Source: Cylindrospermopsis raciborskii Cr2010
GTDB lineage: Bacteria; Cyanobacteriota; Cyanobacteriia; Cyanobacteriales; Nostocaceae
DNA: 32,000 nucleotides
Direction: 5' to 3'
NCBI RefSeq assembly: GCF_003367075.2
Contig: NZ_CP065936.1
Span: 960,001-992,000, forward strand
Every line of letters starts with the position of its first letter. Position 1 is the first letter of the stretch. The notes beneath the pieces are model-generated. The model did no database searches. It was given only the letters and a program-made list of their open reading frames with translations, and was not told the DNA's origin. Shown here in pieces: positions 18,880 to 28,256 of the stretch. The position numbers were made by a program, and so were the translations under genes.

Positions 18880-20373
18880 ATGTACTTTATAGCGTCTTCC
18901 ATTGCTTCAAGTTCTAAACTACCGGTATCAGCACCATATACCTTTTCCCTTAAATTACCCTTTGTCAGGGAAAATAGCGGTGACTACCATGTCAATCCAT
19001 TTTTACCCGGTTGTCCTAGAATACCTTTACACGTCGAATTACGAGGATACCAAAAACAGGCTATTACTAGCTGGTTTGCTAATAATGGTCGGGGAACATT
19101 GAAAATGGCTACCGGTAGTGGAAAAACAATTACCGCATTGGCGATCGCCTATGAATTATATAAACAGATAGGCTTACAAGTCTTGTTAGTGGTTTGTCCC
19201 CATCGTCACTTGGTTACCCAGTGGGGTAGGGAATGTGAGAAATTTAACTTAAAGCCCATTTTAGCTTACGAAAATATACGAAATTGGCATAGTCAAATGT
19301 CGGTAGAGTTATATAACTTGGGTTCTGGTTATCAAAAGTTTCTGACTGTTATCACCACTAACTTGACCTTAATTGGGGAAGGTTTCCAATCACAACTGAA
19401 ATATTTTCCGTTGAAAACCTTAATCATTGGGGATGAAGCACATAATTTGGGTGCGCCCAGGTTAGAAGAAAGTTTACCTCGTAGTGTGGGATTAAGACTA
19501 GCTCTATCAGCTACACCAGAAAGATATTTTGATGAGGAAGGTACGGAGTCCTTATTGGAATATTTTGGACCGGTTTTACAACCGGAGTTTAGCTTAAAAG
19601 ATGCCATTGACCAGGGAGCATTGGTGCATTATTTATACTATCCAGTTTTCGTGGAATTAACGGAGTTGGAGAGTATGAATTATTTAAGATTAACCAAAAA
19701 AATAGGGCGTTGTTTACAAAATCGGGAGATACGGGAGACCTTTAGTTTTGAAGATATGGAGGGTATTAAATCTCTACTGATAAAACGAGCTAGATTAATT
19801 AGCAGCGCGGAAAATAAACTAGTGGCATTAAAACATTTAATGTTAAATCGTCTAAACACGAGCCATACATTATTTTATTGTAGTGATGGTTCCCAAGAGG
19901 GGGGGAACCATTCTTACCAACTGGAAGAGGTAACCAAAATTTTAGGAGTGGAACTAGGGTATAAAATCAGCACCTACACTGCGCGAACATCATTACCAGA
20001 GCGAGAAGTGTTAAGAAAACAATTTGAAAGTGGGGACTTGCAGGGTTTAGTAGCTATTCGTTGTTTAGATGAGGGTGTAGATATACCAGCAATTAGAACC
20101 GCAGTGATTTTATCCAGTTCTAGCAATCCCCGTCAATTTATTCAGCGTCGCGGTAGGGTGTTACGTCCCCATCCCGGTAAAGAAAGGGCGACAATTTTTG
20201 ATATGATAGTGTCACCTCCAGACTTAGATCGAGAAGCAATGGAAGTAGAAAGGAACTTGCTGAGAAAAGAATTGAAAAGGTTTGTAGAATTTTCTAATTT
20301 AGCGGATAACGCAGGTGAAGCTAGAATGAAGCTACTCAACCTGCAAAAGCGCTATAGTTTGCTGGATATTTAG
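18880..20373 (+). CDS. SF2 DEAD/DEAH-box helicase, XPB-like; possibly related to phosphorothioation-system restriction helicases
   Basis: ELRGYQKQAITSWF, Walker A MATGSGKT, DEAH box (IIGDEAHNLGAPR), SATPERYF, motif VI QFIQRRGRVLR. Confidence 0.85.
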   Translation: MYFIASSIASSSKLPVSAPYTFSLKLPFVRENSGDYHVNPFLPGCPRIPLHVELRGYQKQAITSWFANNGRGTLKMATGSGKTITALAIAYELYKQIGLQVLLVVCPHRHLVTQWGRECEKFNLKPILAYENIRNWHSQMSVELYNLGSGYQKFLTVITTNLTLIGEGFQSQLKYFPLKTLIIGDEAHNLGAPRLEESLPRSVGLRLALSATPERYFDEEGTESLLEYFGPVLQPEFSLKDAIDQGALVHYLYYPVFVELTELESMNYLRLTKKIGRCLQNREIRETFSFEDMEGIKSLLIKRARLISSAENKLVALKHLMLNRLNTSHTLFYCSDGSQEGGNHSYQLEEVTKILGVELGYKISTYTARTSLPEREVLRKQFESGDLQGLVAIRCLDEGVDIPAIRTAVILSSSSNPRQFIQRRGRVLRPHPGKERATIFDMIVSPPDLDREAMEVERNLLRKELKRFVEFSNLADNAGEARMKLLNLQKRYSLLDI

Positions 20374-20374
20374 A

Positions 20375-21619
20375 TTATGGCAAATTGATGGAGAACTTTT
20401 CTGTAATTCGTTGCATTGCTACTTCCACATTTTCTCGACTATTAAATGCGGAAATGCGGAAGTAACCTTCACCAGCAGCACCAAAACCCGAACCGGGAGT
20501 TCCTACAACATTTACAGTCTGTAGTAGTTTGTCAAAAAACTCCCAACTAGTTAAACCAGCTGGTGTCTTCACCCATACATAGGGAGCATTTACTCCACCA
20601 TAAACTTTTAGACCTGCACTAGTTAATTGTTGACGAATGATTTGAGCATTTTCCAAATAGAAACTTACTAAGGCCTTGATTTGAGCTTGTCCTTCCTCAG
20701 AGTAAACAGCTTCTGCACCCTTTTGGACAATATAAGAAACCCCATTAAATTTGGTAGACTGACGACGGTTCCATAATTTCCACAATTCTATATTGGAACC
20801 ATCTGCAGCTTTAGCAGTTAGGATTTTGGGAACAACGGTTAAAGCGCAACGGGTACCAGTGAACCCAGCATTTTTAGAGAAAGAACGAAATTCTATGGCA
20901 CATTCCCTAGCACCTTCAATTTCATAAATAGAATGGGGAAGATCAGGATCGGTAATAAATGCTTCATAAGCAGCATCAAAGAAAATTATCGATCCCTGGG
21001 ATCTAGCATAGTTTACCCAGTCTTTTAAATGTTCCTTGGTAGCTGTTGCACCGGTAGGATTATTAGGAAAACATAAATAAATTAGATCTACCTTTTGTTG
21101 AGGTATTTCCGCTGTGAAGTTATTTTCCGCAGTCACAGGTAAATACACCAAACCACCATACTCTCCCTTGTCGTTAGCTTCTCCAGTATTGCCAGCCATC
21201 ACATTAGTATCGACGTAAACGGGATATACAGGGTCAGTAACAGCAATAATGTTATTTCTGCCAAAAATATCTAAAATATTACCCGTATCGCATTTAGAAC
21301 CGTCAGAAATAAAGATTTCATCTGCTTCTATAGCAGCTCCCCTTGCTTGAAAATCATGAACAGCTATTTTTTCCCGTAACCAAATATAACCCTGTTCCGG
21401 TCCATAACCCTTAAAAGTAGTGCGATCGCCCAGATCATGAACAGCTTGAATCATAGCATGACGACAAGCATCTGGCAGTGGTTCAGTAACATCACCAATA
21501 CCCAGACGAATAATTTGGGCATCAGGGTTAGCTTGGGCAAAAGCATTGACCCTTCTAGCAATTTCTGGAAACAGATAACCAGCTTTTAGTTTTAGGTAGT
21601 TGTCGTTAATAGTAGCCAT
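20375..21619 (-). CDS. dapL: LL-diaminopimelate aminotransferase
   Basis: [70 protein letters not shown]. Confidence 0.95.
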   Translation of the reverse strand: MATINDNYLKLKAGYLFPEIARRVNAFAQANPDAQIIRLGIGDVTEPLPDACRHAMIQAVHDLGDRTTFKGYGPEQGYIWLREKIAVHDFQARGAAIEADEIFISDGSKCDTGNILDIFGRNNIIAVTDPVYPVYVDTNVMAGNTGEANDKGEYGGLVYLPVTAENNFTAEIPQQKVDLIYLCFPNNPTGATATKEHLKDWVNYARSQGSIIFFDAAYEAFITDPDLPHSIYEIEGARECAIEFRSFSKNAGFTGTRCALTVVPKILTAKAADGSNIELWKLWNRRQSTKFNGVSYIVQKGAEAVYSEEGQAQIKALVSFYLENAQIIRQQLTSAGLKVYGGVNAPYVWVKTPAGLTSWEFFDKLLQTVNVVGTPGSGFGAAGEGYFRISAFNSRENVEVAMQRITEKFSINLP

Positions 21620-21706
21620 AGTTAATTTACAAGTATAATTTACAAGTGGTTTTTACGAATAACGGTTTGATAGCATCATACCATGAACTCGGGACTAAAG
21701 TCTCTC

Positions 21707-22555
21707 CTAGCTAGCTTCCTTGATCAATTGGTTCAATTCTGTCTGCATCTGGTTCCTAACCAGTTCATAACATTCATTGACATAACTCACGTCATTAACA
21801 GCATCTTTTCCATATCTTTTAAATATAATTGGTGGACAAACTCTAGTATGTATTTTAGCAGGTAAAGGAATATTTGGCAGTGGACCCAGGGCTAAACCCC
21901 AGGGTAAACCCAAATACAAAGGAAAAACTATAGGGTCAACATCAAATAACCATGGCATTCCCCACTGATGAAACCGTGCCATGATTTGATATAAATCAGT
22001 TAATACAATCAAGGTGTCGTGGGATCCCCAGGAAATAGCTGGAACAATGGGGACATTCTCTCGCAGTGCTAACTTAATAAAACCCCGTCTTTGGGCAAAA
22101 TAGATTTTATCTCGCATCCGATGTGGACGGAATACATCCTCTGCGCCACCAGGATAAACTAAAACACTTGCACCTGCACGAAATGCTGCATAAGCCATTT
22201 TAGGATGGGCTCGGATTGCACCTCCCTTCATAGCTATTTCAGCTGCTGGCGGAAAAACCTCCCATACTTTTGGATGCATTAAACCGTAAATCAGCCTTTC
22301 AGTACCAAATCGACGTAACCAGTCATACATCATCATAGACGTATCCGGGGATGCCAACCCCCCATTGTGAGAACCAACAACCAAAATTTTTCCTTGTGGA
22401 ATATTTTCCCAACCACTGGTTTCTACCCGGAAATAGCAATTATATAAAATTGCTAATAATGGCATCATCTTGGCAATAAATTGGGGATCTCTATGTGTGA
22501 GAGACCACCCCGCCCTTTCAGTTTTCACATCCTGCATTTTCAACATTGATTTCAT
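21707..22555 (-). CDS. Lysophospholipid/glycerolipid acyltransferase family protein (PlsC/DAGAT-like)
   Basis: ILVVGSHNGGLASPDTSMM, VLVYPGGAEDVFRPHRMRDKIYFAQRRGFIKLAL, IVPAISWGSHDT. Confidence 0.82.
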   Translation of the reverse strand: MKSMLKMQDVKTERAGWSLTHRDPQFIAKMMPLLAILYNCYFRVETSGWENIPQGKILVVGSHNGGLASPDTSMMMYDWLRRFGTERLIYGLMHPKVWEVFPPAAEIAMKGGAIRAHPKMAYAAFRAGASVLVYPGGAEDVFRPHRMRDKIYFAQRRGFIKLALRENVPIVPAISWGSHDTLIVLTDLYQIMARFHQWGMPWLFDVDPIVFPLYLGLPWGLALGPLPNIPLPAKIHTRVCPPIIFKRYGKDAVNDVSYVNECYELVRNQMQTELNQLIKEAS

Positions 22556-22559
22556 TTAA

Positions 22560-24020
22560 TTATATGGTTTTAGATGGTTTCCAAGTTCCATGAAAACTAT
22601 GGGGAATTACGGAAGGTAATGCAAGTTGACAAACTGGTTCTTCGTTCATTCGATGACTCTCGAATATGCAAATTGTACTACTGTGGTTATTACCATCATA
22701 AACCACTGTTAATACCCAACCCCTGTCAGAATTCGTTCTATCTTCAACATAAATAGGTTCTGACGGATAGCGGTTTAAACCCAGGTTAGCTTCGGTTAAA
22801 CTACCATTCTCATGGTCAAATTTGGCGATGCTATTTAATATCTCCCCTTGTGTCTCCGTCCCTTTTTTAAAAATGGACATGTATGTAGCGGGTGAAAATT
22901 TGCCAACATTTTTGCTGGGGACACTAGGAAATTCACAGGTTCTATTTAATAAGGTGACTAGTTGTTTAACTCGACCGTTTTGGGGGTTAAGTTCTACTCT
23001 GGTAAAGGTAGTTTTGGCGGTTGTTTTTACTTTTCCGGTTGCTACTTCTCGTAAATATTCATTAGTCTGGAAATCAGCATATTTGGCAAAGTCAATAATT
23101 ACTATACCTCTATTATCTACATAGCCATTACTAAAATGCCACTGAAACCAGGATTCGGTTTCTCCTCGACTAACTAAAGATAAATTTTCTCTATCAATAA
23201 CAATAATCTGGGTTCCTATATGTGGTTGCCAAGTCAAAGCCTGACTGTAACTGCTAGTTCCTAACAATACGGACCAGATATTTAACTGTACAGGTGGGGC
23301 AAAAAATACTAAATATTTTCCTGCTAAAACAAAATCATGAATTAGGCTAAATTGGGTTAAATCAAACTGGGAATGTTGAATGATTCTACCAGTGAAATCA
23401 CTTTTATAAACACTTAGGATGCCACTCCCTGGGGAACCCATACCAATAGTGCCAATATTTACCCCAAAGTTAAATATTTCTCCCGTTTGATAGTCAACTT
23501 TGGGATGAGCAGAATAAGCTTTTCCCTGGGTTAACCCCCCCAAACTAGTTAAACCCTTGGTTTCTAAGTTCTCTAAATCTAAAGCATGGGGATGATCACC
23601 CTCCCAAAGGGCTAAAAGTTGATCTGGTAATGCCAAAACTGAAGTATTAGCAGCATTTTTAACGAGTCTTTGCCACTTATGCCAAATCATACCCGGTGCT
23701 GTCATACCATAATTACCGTAAAGAAACTTATTTGCTTGAGTTTCTTCTTCATACCCCCTGGTCTGTACATAACGATAAACTGCTTTAGCACCATCATCAC
23801 AGAAGTGAACTGCTAAAATGGCTCCATCCCCATCAAACCAGTGTCCCACAGACATATTTCCCCGTTGTAATCTCCCTGGACCGTTGCGGTATAATGTACC
23901 CCGCAAACCCTGGGGAATTTTACCTGTAATTATGGGTAATTGAGAGAGGGGAAATTCTTCTGCTGGTTGCGATATGGCATGGGCCCAAGTTTTTTTATCT
24001 AATTTTTTGTTTTTGATCAT
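22560..24020 (-). CDS. Carotenoid (apocarotenoid) cleavage oxygenase, RPE65/CCD family
   Basis: LRGTLYRNGPGRLQRG, HWFDGDGAILAVHF, conserved iron-ligand His contexts (SAHPKVD, WQPHIGTQ, WHFSNGY, IPHSFHGTW). Confidence 0.92.
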   Translation of the reverse strand: MIKNKKLDKKTWAHAISQPAEEFPLSQLPIITGKIPQGLRGTLYRNGPGRLQRGNMSVGHWFDGDGAILAVHFCDDGAKAVYRYVQTRGYEEETQANKFLYGNYGMTAPGMIWHKWQRLVKNAANTSVLALPDQLLALWEGDHPHALDLENLETKGLTSLGGLTQGKAYSAHPKVDYQTGEIFNFGVNIGTIGMGSPGSGILSVYKSDFTGRIIQHSQFDLTQFSLIHDFVLAGKYLVFFAPPVQLNIWSVLLGTSSYSQALTWQPHIGTQIIVIDRENLSLVSRGETESWFQWHFSNGYVDNRGIVIIDFAKYADFQTNEYLREVATGKVKTTAKTTFTRVELNPQNGRVKQLVTLLNRTCEFPSVPSKNVGKFSPATYMSIFKKGTETQGEILNSIAKFDHENGSLTEANLGLNRYPSEPIYVEDRTNSDRGWVLTVVYDGNNHSSTICIFESHRMNEEPVCQLALPSVIPHSFHGTWKPSKTI

Positions 24021-24296
24021 TTACATCTTTGATATATTTCTTATTTACAGTCATATTGACCAATACCTTAGCCAAAAAAGAGTATTAAAAGTAGGGGCGA
24101 TGTAGTAGAGTTATAGTCTTACAAAGCAAAAACTCAAAAACCACACACAGCCCATGTTCGAGATTATAACACTATTACAGTGCCTGCTACCAGAAATAAA
24201 AATGACGACAATACGTCAGTTGAGTCGGATCCTCATGGCGATAACCCAACCTACACAAGCTGGTTTCAATGAAGATCCCTTAGGAGTTCGCCTTTA

Positions 24297-24373
24297 TTAG
24301 GTTCTAGAATAAAGTTGTTAAGGTTATTTTTTCAAAACCTCCACCATGGCTAAACACTTTAACACTGCTGGAC
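24297..24373. repeat. Copy A, segment 1, of the duplicated block (matches 26001-26077)
   Basis: 77 nt including the last 49 nt before the ATG and the first 28 nt of coding sequence, identical by eye in both copies. Confidence 0.9.
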
Positions 24374-25890
24374 CATGTAAAGCCAACATCCACTATATGC
24401 TTTCCCCCACCGCTCGCTTACCGGAGTTAAAAGCGCTAATTGATGGAGAAAACTACTTTATCATTCATGCACCGCGACAAGTAGGCAAAACCACCGCTAT
24501 GATAGCCCTAGCCCAAGAATTGACTGATAGTGGGGAATATATCGCCGTGATGCTTTCTTTAGAAGTAGGGGCACCATTCTCCAGGGATCCGGGTATGGCT
24601 GAACGTGCAATTTTGGATGAATGGCAAGAATCCGCTTGTGTATACCTACCAACTAATCTCCACCCACCCCGTTGGCCACCATCTCAACCAGGGCGGCAAA
24701 TTGGAGCCGCATTAGCTAGTTGGGCTAAGGTTGCTACTCGTCCCCTAGTGGTTTTCCTGGATGAAATTGATGCTTTAGCAGATGAAACATTGATTTCTGT
24801 TCTCAGACAATTACGCTCAGGTTACAATCGTCGTCCCCATAGCTTTCCCCATTCGGTAGGGTTAATTGGCATGCGGGATGTGCGGGACTATAAGGTTAAA
24901 TCCGGTGGAAGTGAACGACTTAATACGTCAAGTCCTTTCAATATCAAGGCTGAGTCTTTAACCCTAAATAATTTTACTTTATCAGAAGTAGAAGAACTTT
25001 ACTTACAACATACACAAGCTACGGGACAGGTGTTTACCCCGGAAGCCATTCAACAGGCATTTTATTTAACCGATGGACAACCGTGGTTAGTCAACGCCCT
25101 AGCTCGTCAAGCTACCCAGGTTTTGGTGAAAGATATTACCCAACCCATTACTGCTGAAGTCATTAACCGAGCCAAAGAAATTCTGATTCAGCGCCAGGAT
25201 ACCCATTTAGACAGCTTAGCAGAGCGATTACGGGAAGATAGAGTCAAAACCATTATTGAACCAATTTTAGCGGGTGAAGATTTACCTGATGTACCCCAGG
25301 ATGATATTCGTTATGTCCTGGATTTAGGACTGTGTCGAGACCGAGGACAGGGTTTGGAAATTGCCAATCCAATTTATCGGGAAGTTCTACCCTTGGTGTT
25401 AAGTTACACAACCAGGGCTTCCATTGGAGTTATTGAACCTCGTTGGTTAAATGAACAGGGGGAGCTATTACCCGATGAATTATTGGAAGCATTTCTGGAA
25501 TTTTGGCGACAACATGGGGAACCACTGCTCAAAAGTGCGCCCTACCATGAGATTGCTCCCCATTTGGTATTAATGGCATTTTTACATCGAGTAGTAAACG
25601 GTGGTGGTACGTTAGAGCGGGAATATGCCATTGGTTCTGGAAGAATGGATATTTGTTTACGCTATGGCAAGGTAGTGATGGGCATAGAGTTAAAGGTGCG
25701 GAGGGAAAAGTTGGATCCCCTAACCAAGGGTTTGACCCAACTGGATAAATACCTGGATGGGTTAGGATTGGATAGAGGGTGGTTAGTGATTTTTGATCGC
25801 CGTGCGGGATTACCACCCATGGGAGAGAGAATTAGTACGGAGGAGGTCATTAGTCCGGGGGGACGAACCATTACCGTCATTCGTAGTTAG
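24346..25890 (+). CDS. AAA-ATPase-like protein with C-terminal PD-(D/E)XK-like domain
   Basis: Walker A (HAPRQVGKTTAM), Walker B (PLVVFLDEIDALAD), C-terminal GSGRMDICLRYGKVVMGIELKVRREK resembling a nuclease-like core. Confidence 0.8.
   Translation: MAKHFNTAGPCKANIHYMLSPTARLPELKALIDGENYFIIHAPRQVGKTTAMIALAQELTDSGEYIAVMLSLEVGAPFSRDPGMAERAILDEWQESACVYLPTNLHPPRWPPSQPGRQIGAALASWAKVATRPLVVFLDEIDALADETLISVLRQLRSGYNRRPHSFPHSVGLIGMRDVRDYKVKSGGSERLNTSSPFNIKAESLTLNNFTLSEVEELYLQHTQATGQVFTPEAIQQAFYLTDGQPWLVNALARQATQVLVKDITQPITAEVINRAKEILIQRQDTHLDSLAERLREDRVKTIIEPILAGEDLPDVPQDDIRYVLDLGLCRDRGQGLEIANPIYREVLPLVLSYTTRASIGVIEPRWLNEQGELLPDELLEAFLEFWRQHGEPLLKSAPYHEIAPHLVLMAFLHRVVNGGGTLEREYAIGSGRMDICLRYGKVVMGIELKVRREKLDPLTKGLTQLDKYLDGLGLDRGWLVIFDRRAGLPPMGERISTEEVISPGGRTITVIRS
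24690..25133. repeat. Copy A, segment 2, of the duplicated block (matches 26078-26521)
   Basis: 444 nt appearing identical by eye to 26078-26521. Confidence 0.88.
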
Positions 25891-25940
25891 TCGCGAAGCA
25901 CTGGGTACGCGAGATCGCCATTATTGTTTAAATCATTAAT

Positions 25941-25969
25941 GTTGGGTTTCATACTTCAACCCAACCTAC
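25941..25969. repeat. Small inverted-repeat element, GTTGGGTT...AACCCAACCTAC type
   Basis: GTTGGGTT (25941-25948) / AACCCAAC (25958-25965), 9-nt loop, then CTAC. The 12-mer AACCCAACCTAC also occurs at 24243-24254, upstream of copy A. Confidence 0.7.
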
Positions 25970-26000
25970 GTTCATCTTATATTTAATTCCACCCACCTAC

Positions 26001-26840
26001 TTAGGTTCTAGAATAAAGTTGTTAAGGTTATTTTTTCAAAACCTCCACCATGGCTAAACACTTTAACACTGCTGGACAGGGCGGCAAATTGGAGCCGCAT
26101 TAGCTAGTTGGGCTAAGGTTGCTACTCGTCCCCTAGTGGTTTTCCTGGATGAAATTGATGCTTTAGCAGATGAAACATTGATTTCTGTTCTCAGACAATT
26201 ACGCTCAGGTTACAATCGTCGTCCCCATAGCTTTCCCCATTCGGTAGGGTTAATTGGCATGCGGGATGTGCGGGACTATAAGGTTAAATCCGGTGGAAGT
26301 GAACGACTTAATACGTCAAGTCCTTTCAATATCAAGGCTGAGTCTTTAACCCTAAATAATTTTACTTTATCAGAAGTAGAAGAACTTTACTTACAACATA
26401 CACAAGCTACGGGACAGGTGTTTACCCCGGAAGCCATTCAACAGGCATTTTATTTAACCGATGGACAACCGTGGTTAGTCAACGCCCTAGCTCGTCAAGC
26501 TACCCAGGTTTTGGTGAAAGACATTACCCAACCCATTACTGCTGAAGTCATTAACCGAACCAAAGAAATCCTGATTCAGCGCCAGGATACCCATTTAGAT
26601 AGTTTGGCAGAGCGCTTACGGGAAGATCGGGTCAAAGCCATTATTCAACCCATGTTAGCTGGATCCGATCTACCCGATACCCCGGAGGATGATCGCCGTT
26701 TCTTGCTGGATTTAGGCTTGGTAAAGCGCAGTCCCTTGGGTGGACTAACCATTGCCAATCCCATTTACCAGGAAGTGATTCCTCGTGTTTTGTCCCAGGG
26801 TAGTCAGGATAGTCTACCCCAAATTCAACCCACTTGGTAG
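26001..26840 (+). pseudogene. Degenerate second copy of the AAA-ATPase gene (5' internal deletion, no C-terminal nuclease-like domain)
   Basis: Same leader and start codon (ATG 26050), but a 316-nt deletion relative to copy A gives MAKHFNTAGQGGKLEPH* (stop at 26101-26103). The remaining AAA frame ends at 26840, before the PD-(D/E)XK-like region. Confidence 0.85.
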
Positions 26841-26891
26841 GATTCTTCCCACTCCCCATGTACACTATAAGTGGTTCTATTGACATATCCT

Positions 26892-27494
26892 ATGACCCAT
26901 TCTCAAGATCTTATTACCTTAGCTCGTTGGATGGCAGCGGATTTCAGCAATCAAGCTCAGGCTTTTGAAAATCCGCCTCTATATGCCCATATTCGTGTCT
27001 GTATGCGTCCCCTAGCTTATTCTCTCCTATCTGGAGTCAGTCTTTTTGTTGAACAAGCTTATGATTATGATCTCAAAGATCCCTATCGTGTTCGAGTATT
27101 AAAGTTATTGGTTGAAGAAGGGCACATTATCATTGAAAACTATACGGTCAAAGACGAGAAGGATCTTTATGGGTCATCTCGGGATTTGGGTAAATTACAA
27201 AATTTAACTGCCGATCGCCTGGAAAAACTATGTGGTTGTAATATGCGGGTGGAGTGGACTGGTAGTTGCTTTACCGGTACTGTGGAACCCGGTAAGAATT
27301 GTCTAGTATTTCGCAAGGGACAAAAAACCTATTTAGATAGTAAATTTGAGATAGACGACCAAAAATTCCTCAGCTGGGATAGGGGAAGAGATTTAGAAAC
27401 CGATCAACATGTTTGGGGTTCCCTCGCTGGGCCATTTCACTTTGTCCGTTGGGGAAATTTCGCCGATGAGGTACAATTACCCCAGTATTATTAA
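26892..27494 (+). CDS. CpcT/CpeT-family chromophore lyase
   Basis: LARWMAADFSNQAQAFENPPLYAHIRVCMRPL, GVSLFVEQAYDYDLKDPYRVRVLKL, VWGSLAGPFHFVRWGNFADEVQLPQYY. ATG 26892 is preferred over 26871. Confidence 0.85.
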   Translation: MTHSQDLITLARWMAADFSNQAQAFENPPLYAHIRVCMRPLAYSLLSGVSLFVEQAYDYDLKDPYRVRVLKLLVEEGHIIIENYTVKDEKDLYGSSRDLGKLQNLTADRLEKLCGCNMRVEWTGSCFTGTVEPGKNCLVFRKGQKTYLDSKFEIDDQKFLSWDRGRDLETDQHVWGSLAGPFHFVRWGNFADEVQLPQYY

Positions 27495-27512
27495 GGTAGG
27501 TATATCTAGTCC

Positions 27513-28256
27513 GTGAAGATATTTGTATATCATACTCCAGAATTAACCCCCACAGGGGAAATACCAGAATGTGCGATCGCCGTCGATGTTCTACGCGCCA
27601 CTAGCACTATAGCTACAGTGTTGGCTGCTGGTGGCGAAGCGGTACAAGTTTTTTCTGACCTCAACGAACTAACAGAGGTTAGCGAACAATGGCCTGCGCA
27701 AAAGCGATTACGGGCTGGAGAACGAGGTGGTGGTAAGGTAGCTGGGTTTGAATTAGGTAATTCCCCTCTGGATTGCACACCAGAACTAGTGGAAGGGAGA
27801 CGTTTATTTATTAGTACCACCAATGGCACCCGTGCCCTAAAACGAATAGAAGATGCCCCAATTGTTTTAGCAGCAGCCCTAATCAATCGCTCTGCAGTAG
27901 TCAATTTTTTATTAGAGAAACAACCCCAAAGCGTCTGGATAGTTGGTTCGGGGTGGGAGGGGAGTTTCTCCCTGGAAGATACTGTTTGTGCAGGTGCGAT
28001 CGCCCATAGTATTTGGCAGAAAACCGGTTTAGAGTTGGATCAAATTGCCGGTAATGATGAAGTTACGAGTGCGATCGCTCTTTATGAACAATGGGAAGAT
28101 AATTTAATAGGATTATTTCATCAAGCCAGTCATGGTAAAAGATTATTACGTCTAGAATGTGCAGAGGACTTAAAATATTGTGCTCAGACGGACATTTTAA
28201 ACGTTTTACCCCTACAGAAACAGCCAGGTGTTTTAACAAGTCACAATGCTCACTGA
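27513..28256 (+). CDS. comB: 2-phosphosulfolactate phosphatase (ComB) family protein, GTG start
   Basis: [32 protein letters not shown] equivalent ([16 protein letters not shown]), [22 protein letters not shown]. Confidence 0.88.
   Translation: MKIFVYHTPELTPTGEIPECAIAVDVLRATSTIATVLAAGGEAVQVFSDLNELTEVSEQWPAQKRLRAGERGGGKVAGFELGNSPLDCTPELVEGRRLFISTTNGTRALKRIEDAPIVLAAALINRSAVVNFLLEKQPQSVWIVGSGWEGSFSLEDTVCAGAIAHSIWQKTGLELDQIAGNDEVTSAIALYEQWEDNLIGLFHQASHGKRLLRLECAEDLKYCAQTDILNVLPLQKQPGVLTSHNAH

Noticed and set aside
22822-23124. 100-aa plus-strand ORF
   Set aside because: Antisense within the carotenoid oxygenase gene; no support.
25529-25880. Minus-strand ORFs of 95 and 72 aa
   Set aside because: Antisense shadows of the AAA-ATPase C-terminal region, with no plausible domain or spacing.
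24346-26840. Two-gene AAA toxin/antitoxin or dual-ATPase system
   Set aside because: The second copy is a deleted, frameshifted derivative of the same family, not a distinct partner gene.
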